Position numbers and translations under genes: made by a program. Positions 54,487 through 64,000 of a stretch of DNA of 64,000 bases are shown piece by piece (position 1 is the first letter of the stretch; each line of letters starts with the position of its first letter). The stretch lies in assembly GCA_023213395.1 (NCBI GenBank), contig CM041465.1, forward strand, positions 192,641,741 through 192,705,740. The letters run 5' to 3'. The DNA is from Cycas panzhihuaensis. Its lineage: Eukaryota > Plantae > Cycadophyta. The notes beneath the pieces were generated by a model, which saw nothing but the letters and a program-made list of their open reading frames with translations, ran no database searches and had not been told where the DNA came from.

Positions 54487-55736
54487 TAACCCTTTGAGGT
54501 AGATAGAGGAACACACATGTTGCGGGTCCTTGAACCTGTTCTCTGGTACACAAATGCCCTTCTAGGGTAAGCTTGATCTCTATTACACCTCTAGTTTGTT
54601 ATTTATTAACTTTTTCATCTAGCTAGAGTGTAGTGATTCCTAGTGACCCCCCTGGAGGCGCACTTCCACTGGTGACCATAATGAAGACCACAAGTAAGGA
54701 AATCTTAGCATCCCTTTGATTTCTTAGTGTTAACCCCCATATACTTATTAATATCTCTATAGTATGTTGGGCAATCCTAACACCTTATCCTAAATCTAAT
54801 CTTTATACTTTCATAGCTCTTTAGGTAGAGCGTAAATGTGACATTTCTCTTGTCACTTGTGTAGCCTCCCTCCTATGGAAGGATATCCATCAAATTGGGT
54901 ATACTACCATTATGCCTGATTCCCATCCATAAACATAATATCCTCTTTAAGGCCCTACCCAAGAGGGTGAAGATCCTATCTACTACCCAGATGACTAGAC
55001 ACATCCAAATTTCCACCCCTTTCGTATGCACGACATAAGGGGGGATTTCTCCATGGATCACTCTCATCCCAGTGAAAGGGCCCATGATGATTATCCTTCA
55101 AGTTTTTTTCAACATGAGGAGCCTTCCACCTCATACAAGCAAGTAGGAACTCCTCTCAGAGATGTGGTAGAGGCATTGAGGTAATGCTTCAAAGTCGTAA
55201 GTACCCAACCACCTCTAAAGTGGTTAGAATGTTTCCTTCAAAGTACTGCTCCACCTTCTTCCACCTCCATTCCACTTACTTCATCCTAACTTATCCCCTC
55301 TTTGATAACTAGACCCATTCCTGTAGTCCCTTTACCTGTGAGTGTTCCCTTGCACCAAGGGATATTCCAAGGCATGTTAATCTCCCAAATTAGGCTAAGC
55401 ATGCCCCCTCCTACTCAAGTAACTATGTCAGAGTCAATTATAGCCCATGCTTATTCAATTTGACCTAGAGTGCCTTCACACTCCCATCCTTAGGTCATGG
55501 AGGATCTATCCCCATGCACCCTTGCCTACAACCCATGGACCCTTCACTCTATATGTCCCTAGGTTATACGTCTTAACCTTAGGGGTATGGTAGGCCAAAC
55601 CCTCTTCCAACCTACGAGGTGGATCCATTCCATCCCTATAGGGTTGTGCCTCCAGTGGGCAGACCTTATGGGCAAAACCCCTTCTCTTACCTTGCACCAT
55701 CTTTAGTGTGTGCAACTTTGTACATAGTCCCTTTCC

Positions 55737-55969
55737 TATTGGAATATTAATGCACATTTGTTTTATCCCACATGCAAGTGGGTGCCACTCTCTCCATATT
55801 GACATGTATTATAAATACACAACATAGTGTATCATATTGTATGATGATGTAATGATGTTTTGTTAATATAATGGAGGTACCTTAAGGGTATCGTTCAATC
55901 CTGTGGAGGTGCTTTTGTTTTTTTTGGTTCTATTTGCGAATATCTTATTGAAGGTTCTACTTTCTAACA
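55737..55969 (+). mobile_element. Short solo LTR (233 bp)
   Basis: T(A)TTGG...CTAACA termini, TSD TTTCC/TTTGC and internal TATAAAT. It interrupts a C-rich region colinear with element A. Confidence 0.6.
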
Positions 55970-57850
55970 TTTGCAAGGGGGATCTATTCCCCCTCCTATC
56001 CCTCATTCTTATGCACCAACTTCTTAAGTGGTATACCCACTTGCAATTGTTATGCATGTGGCAGACCCTCATCATGGGATGAGGCCTTCTCACCCATCTT
56101 CTTATGAAGCCTACCCCCAAATGGGGATAGCCGCTTCTCACCAAAGAGATGGGAACCCTTATGCCCCTTATACTCAACCCTTTTACCCCTTGCATAGTAG
56201 GAGCGAATATCCATACGTGTCTCCTTCTACTTCCTAAGTTGATCCTCTAGCTCAACTTGGGGTCCATCTCTTCATTAACTATAGATCAACTCCCCTCTCT
56301 ATTAAGGTTCTCAGGATTAACTTGCCACCTCATCCCCCTAAAGTGCCCATGTTTTGATGGCACTTTGTCACATGACCTATTAAGCATGTTAGAGGCTTTT
56401 TCATGGCATACATTGATTACTAGGACTATGACTATATTTTGATTAAATTATTCCTAAGATCCTTATAGGGAGACACCTTAAAATAGTTTTATCGCCTTCC
56501 TCCCCACTCTATCTATATCTTCTAGTAATAGTGGATGAATTTGTCAACTATTCTGATGTAGCTTGTCCTTTTAAAAGTGGGGTCAAAGCCCTACTTTCTC
56601 TTAAACAAGGTCACAATGAACTTAATCATGATTTTGTGAGATATTTCCATGATCTCCTTTATTCCTCCAAGACTACTTTACTTGAGGAATTGAAGTGAGA
56701 CCTCTTTATCAATGCCCTTCACCCTGAGGTTCATGTAGAAGTCCTCAAAATAGAGATGACTACATGTGACTCTCTCATAGCTAAATACTTGGCATTGAAG
56801 GCAATTAAGATCTAATCTGGTCTTAAGAAGCTTCTTAGGTAGTTAGAATGTCATGAGGTAGTCCCTCCTTCATGTGACCAAAGGAACCAACAATAACCTC
56901 TAAGGCCCTCAACTAGCACGACTGATAGAGAACCTTGGATCTCCTAACCTCAACTATACATTCTTTTGAACGCATGATTAAGGAGCTAAAGCTCTAGCCT
57001 CCTTAATAATCATTAGAGTTACATAGGCCTATCCACTAAACCTCCCAAACCATGCCACCTAAAGGTGGGAATACCTAAACTTCTCAAGGAAGGAAGGCAA
57101 GACTTCTTCTTGACAAGAAATAATGTTTCATGCATGGGGAGTGTCTCCATGAGGACTCTCAATGCTAGTCACAACATCTTAAACTTACACCATGCTATGA
57201 TGCCTCTCCCAAAAGGGCTTCTAAGCCCAATTTAGACCAACCTATTCATAGGGATTCTTTCCCTAACCATGGGGAAGAGGACTAATCAACTTAGAATAGG
57301 AGGGCAGGAATAGGGAATGATCTTCTAACCCTTCTTCTGACCAAGTAAAGGGAAAGAGGCTAAGAGACCTATCTTCTATGCCAAGCCTTAGATCTCAACA
57401 TCTTTCATCCTCTCAACCCAAAAACAAGGGGAAGATAATGATTCAAATGCTTGAAACCACCCCTTTGTACCCTGTTACAAGGTCCCAAACCACAAAGGAG
57501 GCCACCAAAGCCTCCACCTCATAATAAAACCCTTCTATAAATAATCTACCTATGGAGATCCTTATGGTCTCCAAAACCATCCTCGTCCATCCAAGATACT
57601 ACAATTTTTAAGGAGCACTTCCCCAACCCACCGTGAAGGGGAAGGCCTTTTTGATTATTGAGGGGCTCCACATTATGGCCATAGGTATGTCTATGATGGA
57701 TGCCTTGCAGAGTTGCCCTAAGCAACAAGCCCTTCTCTTAGAGGCTTTAGGCCAAAAGAATGCCCTAGTTTACTCAGTAGGTACCACCTCAAGTGGGGCA
57801 CCTCTCATTACTTTTGACCCTGAAGATCTCCCTCCTACTAATAACAGGAA

Positions 57851-58510
57851 TGTTAGATAATATGATAACATTATTTTGGAGGCTAAAATTTTAACAAGTT
57901 AGTAGTGTGGTTTTCTTCTTAAATTTTTACGGGGGGATCTAAGGGGGGCATGAGCCCCCCTTGGCTAAGGGATGTGGGGGTTTTTAGAACCCTTCCTTAT
58001 AAATGGGGGTTCAGGGGTGGTAGCCCCTGACCCAAATAACTAGTACCATAAAACATACTAAATTATAAAGAGAATCATGGATGTTTATTCAAAAATATCC
58101 TAGATTTGATGGTTGAGATTTGTGCCTTGTATGATTCTCTTATATAGCCTGATTTAAGGTGTTTTTTCATTATGTTGATGGTATTCGATATATTGGATGT
58201 ACTGTATTAAGCAGAAACAACTGGTTGTTATTGCTATGAGTATTTTGTTGCACATTATGTATATTTTTTCATTCTTGGATAATAAAGATTGATATCTTTC
58301 CTATGTGGATGTTTCCCTAGCACACTGTTAGGTTTTTACCACATTGTATTTGGTGTATATATGATGCTTCGACTTTCTGATTTATTTGTTATATTATCTC
58401 TAGTTTAAGAAATTACATGTTAAATTTTAGTTTCAATTCCTGTAACTAGTTACAAAATAGTTTAGATCTTGGTGGTAGTTTCTAGTTATTGGGATATAGT
58501 TTTATCAATA
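57851..58510 (+). mobile_element. Solo LTR (660 bp), same family as 53857-54486
   Basis: TGTTAG...TCAATA termini and TSD AGGAA/AGGGA. Removing it restores colinearity with A at 4600-4700. Confidence 0.85.
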
Positions 58511-59749
58511 AGGGAATGCTAATGGTACTGCCCTTTCACTATTATCATAGATACACCAGACTTTGTTTTAAAGAGGATTATCATAGACAATAGTTTCTTA
58601 GTTAATACCATGCTTATATGCATGGTAGAGAAGCTAGGGATAGAGGTCCTCGAACCGGCCCCATGGAAGTGCCAAGGCTACGATAGTAGCGAGAAGGCAT
58701 CCTTCGGAATGGTGTTGATCCCCATTACCCTAGAGGATAAGACCATCTAAATAGATATTATAGTCCTTAACATAGATGTGAACTACAACCTTTTGCTAAG
58801 ACACCCTTAGCTTGGCTAAATAGGGGTTGTTTGCTCCTCTAGATGGGGGTAACTTAAAGTTATCCATGAAGGACTAATAAAAGTTGTCCTTTGAGAGCCT
58901 CCCCTAGGTCAACTACCTCACCAACCCTGCTAAGTGATCTTTGGGTTAGCTGATGAGGTTGATGATCCATCTAACCCGTCGGTTACTTGTTCTATTCATA
59001 TCCAAAACACCTAAGAAGGAGAAGAGACATGTCCTTATTAATCTAACCTAATCTATTTTGCCCCTGTTGGTGTTAAAAGTTATAGGTATCTCATTGTCAT
59101 GAGTGACCAAGAGTCTAATGACAAATATGAGGAAACTCCTCATCCCATATCCCTTCTCAACATGTGAATGGGACCTCCCTTTTACCCTTCTCAGCATCTT
59201 ATGTCCCCACTGAGGACTTGCGATGAGGATAATACCTCTCTTATTTTATTTTAGGATCCATGCACTATCAACCTCTTAGCATGCATGGGTTCCCGATATA
59301 TTTAGTAGTCCCTTACTCCCCAATCCTCATCATACCTTGTAGATGACGAGGATAAGGAGTTTTCTTTTCACATAATAAGATTATTATTTGTGACCCAAAT
59401 CCTAACCAACTGTCACCTCCATGGGATAGGATGTAGTGACATAGGAGGTTGCCTTTGGACTCCTCTAAAGAGTCCTCTCATTATATGGGGTGGTGGGTTG
59501 ACTGCTACGAGCCTAATGCCTCTCCACCTATTTCTCAATTCCCATTTAGAAAGACTATCCATGTGATAGATTGCTTTAAGAATGATGAAGCCTTATTGGA
59601 GCATCTAGTTGGCACTATGTCTAATTTGCCTTCTAGGCACCATAGACTTGGTTTCTAGAAGTGTTTAGCTTTTGAGTCACCCCTAACTGACCCAAACTAA
59701 CCAAATACTATCGCTCATCCTTTGATCAACCAAGCTCCCCTCCACTTTA

Positions 59750-61760
59750 AGGAAGGAAATGCCATGTGCATGGGTGAAATCAAGGACATCATCCTTGCCC
59801 CTGGAAAAGTCATTAAGGTTGAAGAAGAGTGTTCTCCTCAGGAGATGGAGGAATATACTTGATTGTTCCAAAAATTCTGTGATATCTTTACCTGGGATTA
59901 CTCAGACATGAAGGAAATAGATCCTACCATCATCACCCATAACCTCACTACTATCTTGAGCGCTCGCCCCATATGATAAAAGCAATACCTTTTGCATCTA
60001 ATATTGTCAGCTATAGTTAAAATATAAGTGGAAAAGTTGCTAGATGTAGGACTTATCACTTTTATAGACTATCCTAAATGGGTTTCCAAAATTATGCCCA
60101 TTGCCAAAAAGAATGAAATGATTTGAATATGTGTTGATTTTTGAGACATAAACAATACTTGTCCTAATGACAACTTCCTTCTCTCTTTCATCAATTAAAT
60201 TATTGATCAAACCACTAATTTTAAAGTTATGTACCTAATGGATGGTTTCTTTGAGTATAATCAAATCCAAATATCCCTCGAGGACTATTATAAGATGGTC
60301 TTTATTACTCCATGGGGGACATTTACCTATTTCATGCCTTTTGGACTAAAGAACGTAGGAGCTACTTACAAAAGGGCCATGCAATTCATATTTCATGACC
60401 TCATAAATAAAACTCTTGAAGTTTTTATAGATGATATGATAGGCCTCTCTTGAAAGAGAGCTAATCATCCTATGGACCTTAGAGTGATCTTCACAAGGTG
60501 CTACAAAAATCATATTAGCTTAAACCCACTTAAGTGTGTTTTATAGTAACAACTAACAAGCTTCTAGGGTTCCTTGTTTCTAAACAAGGAATCTAAATCA
60601 ACCCTAACAAGTTTAAAGCTATCATTGAGATGCCACCCCTAAGAACCTAATGAAAAATTAAGTAGTTCTTGGGAAGGCTAGGGTTCTTAAGATGTTTCTT
60701 GTTAGACTTTGCCATAAATGCCAAATCCCTAACTAATCCATTAAAGAAGGAAGCCCTATTCATCTAGTCCTATAAGGCCCAGGAAGCATTTTAAGAGCTC
60801 AAACAAGCCCTGGTATTTGCTTTCATGTTGGCTCCTCTTCTCTTTGACTGTCCCTTCATCTTATACACCTCGATAACTAATGAATATCTAAGAGCCATGC
60901 TAGCCCAGGAAGATAACTCTAAAACTAAAAAGGCTTTCTATTTTATTAGTCGTACGTTGGTGGCAGTAGAGCTAAATTATCTGCTAGTTGAAAAGGAATG
61001 CCTAGCACTGGTCTATACTACTAAAAAGTTTAGGCACTACCTCCTAGGTAATACAACCTACATGATTATCTAATTTGATCCATTGAGATACCTCTTAACC
61101 AAGTTAGACTTGACAGGAAAGGTGAGCAAATTGGATGTCCTCCTTCAAGTATATAACCTTAAAATTGTTAACCAAAAATCTAAGAAGGGGATGATACTTG
61201 TAAAATAATTGGCTAATGTTCCCATCCCTAACTCTCTTAGGGTTATAGTTAATGATTCATTGATGGATGATCCCATCTTAGCTCTCTAGTACTCATCCCC
61301 CTATTCATTGGTTGATAGTAAATGATATGGGGATATAATGTAATACCTTACTCAACAACAATATCTCATCAATACTAGTGATAAGGTGAAGTCGTGTGTT
61401 AGGGATTTTACTTGGAAATATTTCCTCATATAAGATATATTATACAAGTGGTCCTTTGATGTCATTCTCCTTTGTTACATCAACCCCAAGGTGACTGACC
61501 AGATTCTTCATAAATGCCATAGTGACATTTGTGGAGGCTATTTTGGAGGCCAATCAATGGCCTAAAGAATCCTTTGCATGGGTTATTATTAGCCTACTTT
61601 GTTCAAGGATGCCCATACTTATGCATAATATTGTCACTGCTACCAAGAGTATGCCAATGTTATCTACCAGCCTTCCCAGGCATTTCATGTTGTCATGTCT
61701 CTATGGCCCTTCTCCCAATGGGGATTATATTTGATTGGAGCCATTACCCCTTCCCTTCTA
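59750..61760 (+). pseudogene. pol: Decayed pol of Z: RT, RNase H, integrase zinc finger and start of the core
   Basis: DIFTWDYSDMKEIDP, MDGFFEYNQI..FITPWG..MPFGLKNVGATY..FIDDM, ELNYLLVEKECLALVY..KFRHYL, CHSDICGGYFG..GYY*PTLFKDA..WPFSQWGL. Confidence 0.92.
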
Positions 61761-61951
61761 TAGGGTGGGCCCTTCACAAGCTTACTAGCCTGGCTATAGG
61801 TCTTTTCTATCCTCTCGTGATTAGTCATTTGAGTAATCATGATCATCAGGACTCATCTTTCTTCATACAACTTATCTTCCTCAACACCTTTTTTTTTATA
61901 GAAAGAGTATCTCTCCCCCTTTTCTTTGAGTTTCTTGCTATTATTTTGGTC

Positions 61952-62380
61952 ATGGCCATACTCATCTACATGGATGGAGGTAGTTGTGGCAATTTAGGAC
62001 CTTCCACAATAACTTGGATCATCTATGATCCCTCTAGGCATGATTTTATGTGTTTTGGGATCTATTTACTTGAGGCCATGAATAATAATTGAGAGTATAC
62101 AACTATCATTGAGGCCCTAATAGATGCACTTCTCTTCTATCATGGTCCCATCATTCTATACTATGACTCTTAAATCATAGTGTCCTAGTTGACCCAAGCC
62201 AGTTAGGTCCTTTTCCCTATACTAAGGACTCTGGCTATGACTGCCAGGTCTCTATTATCCTACTTCTCCTCAATTGATATTTGATATATCCCTTATAATT
62301 GGAATGTTGAGGTTGATATCTTAGTCGACTTTATTCTTGAGTGTTACCTTCAACTCCAAGGCATCTCCTTATCTACTTGA
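61952..62380 (+). pseudogene. Archaeal-type additional RNase H (aRH) downstream of integrase
   Basis: A single frame reads MAILIYMDGGSCGNLGP..NNN*EY..IIEAL..YDS*IIVS..YIPYNWNVEVDIL. All four acidic catalytic positions are recognisable; in-frame stops are present. Confidence 0.85.
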
Positions 62381-63726
62381 TAGGTCATCCTTTAGAGACC
62401 CTCTAAAGGTGACCTTTCCTCTCAACTGTCACTTTCTCTTTACCTTTAAATAGTGGCCAATAACAAGGCTAAATTATGGTAACCAAAACCTTTACTTACT
62501 AAGTCCCTATCCTACCTTAGTATGATGGGGCATCCCCTCATTTCCCCAAGGAGTCTTTTTGGGTTTTTGAACCCTACCTTAAGGGTCATGTTACTCATTG
62601 GGTATGCCACTAAGGGCATCCCCCTTAGTCATCCTTTCTTTATTTTCATATACATGTGCTTCGAGTTTATGGTCCTATACCTTGAGGTTTGATTTGGTCA
62701 TGAGCCTGTCTCCCCCCCTTGACACATGCCTCCTATCTATGCATTCGTTGCAATCCTCGCTACCCTCCTTGGTTATCTACACACTTGCTTCTCAGATATC
62801 ATGTTTACTAATGATAATTGTGTTGACAACATTCACCATCATCTCATGCTTTAGAGTGATGAGGTTTTGCTGCCAAGGGGGCACTATTTACCACCTATTG
62901 GGAATGGATTTAGAGTTAATCACATAGTTAAGTAGAGGTATACATTCTATCTCACACTTTAATATCATTCTTTTAGTCATTGCTTCATACAATGCTTGTT
63001 TGGCTACTTGGATACTTTATTATTTAGTTTAGTTAGCTTGCCTATGCCTATTATCTACCTATGATGACCAAGATTCTAATCCAATGGCATCATTAAGCCC
63101 CCATAGTGGTCTCCTAATTGGCAAGAGGTCCATCACATGCTTCTATAGTCTGATTTTAGTTGACTTCTGACTTATTTTTACTTCTTTATCACATCTTTTC
63201 CCCTCTCATCTTGCCTTATTAACAACTTGGTTAGCTCTGGGTAGTTTACTGAGGCTTCTAGGGGAAAGTTTACATCTTTTTATTATAATCTCATGAGATT
63301 TCTTTGTTTATTTTTATTTATTTTTATACCTAGTCTCCATCTACACTTTGACACCTCAATTATTATTGTTTTCACTGAGTTCTAGCTTGATCTTATGGGT
63401 TTATCATGCTTTTTCACCATTTATTAGTTAAGTGGGTGGCCTAAGGTCAGTTTGTAGGGGCCTAAGGAGGAGTTCTAGAGCCCTAGCAATGAGCTCCCCC
63501 TTGCCTTTTATTAATTTTTATTAATTCTATCAATCTATCTCCTCCTTGCTCTAATTTTTGTCTACCCTACTCTAATTTATGCGCCCCATAGATATATTCA
63601 TATCATGACTATTAGTGATAGAAACATAACCAACAATGTCTAGTTTTACATTAAATACATTTCCTAATAAGCCTCCCACCTCAAGACCAGCCCAGATCGA
63701 GGCTTAACGGTCACAAGAAGACATTC

Positions 63727-64000
63727 TATTCGGGAACATGAAAACATACACGTGTTTCCATCTGAAGGATCTTTTAACCATACACAACAAGCACAAGAAA
63801 AATATACACAAAAGACATGCATGGAACATAGGATATACGTGGGAAAACCCTTTCAAGAAAAAACCTGCCATAAAAGGATCCTTAAGGGATCGTTGATTAT
63901 TTCACAGTGAACTTCAATATCGAATACACAAGGCCTCAAAGCATATATACTCTCCAAGAGGTGTCACCCGTTTAGGGTTGTGACCCTCTGAATAAATCGC
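63727..64000 (-). mobile_element. Probable LTR (copia-like) inserted in the 3' LTR of Z, running out of the window
   Basis: Homology to the Z 5' LTR stops abruptly after ACATTC. The minus strand has a GGTTTTTTC..GGGTTTTCCCACGT U5-type motif. Confidence 0.55.

Larger units (their letters stand above)
50871..63726 (+). mobile_element. Element Z: old autonomous Tat-lineage LTR retrotransposon (gag-PR-RT-RH-INT[truncated]-aRH)
   Basis: 5' LTR 50871-54668 (including insertions), PBS TGGTGACCAT (54670), PPT AAGGGGGCAC, and 3' LTR from 62885 matching 50871-51712 until interrupted at 63727. Gag 56320-57170 with CFMHGECLHEDSQC; protease ~58570. Confidence 0.92.

Overview
This is plant nuclear DNA made almost entirely of nested LTR retrotransposons. 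I found no convincing host protein gene, rRNA, tRNA or CRISPR array. The Tat-type domain order suggests, but does not prove, a non-flowering vascular plant (lycophyte, fern or gymnosperm). Layout from left to right: (A) a young, CpG-rich non-autonomous Tat-lineage element with gag+protease only and 2.5-kb LTRs (<1-9310); old Ty3/gypsy and Ty1/copia remnants (9.3-15.3 kb); (D) a decayed chromovirus (15356-24580) containing a copia-type element (E) with a PPR-like fragment and a 217-bp solo LTR with 5S-like motifs; a Tat gag fragment inside a ~680-bp duplication; (F) a very young 3.64-kb gag+protease chromovirus derivative (29151-32790); a 5-kb compound (TA/CA/TACA)n array that truncates another chromovirus (G); a ~1.4-kb CpG-retaining island with no recognisable TE motif; (H) a CRM-like chromovirus (42078-48940); and (Z) an old autonomous relative of A (50871-63726) with an archaeal-type RNase H downstream of integrase, three solo-LTR insertions and a further LTR at the window end. 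The best leads are in F: a perfect five-unit heat-shock element next to a TATA box inside the element, and a miR535 target-mimic-like site in its LTRs. All coordinates, alignments and translations were done by eye, so boundaries may be off by a few bases and family names need HMM confirmation. The long YI/CV-repeat ORFs are microsatellite artefacts.
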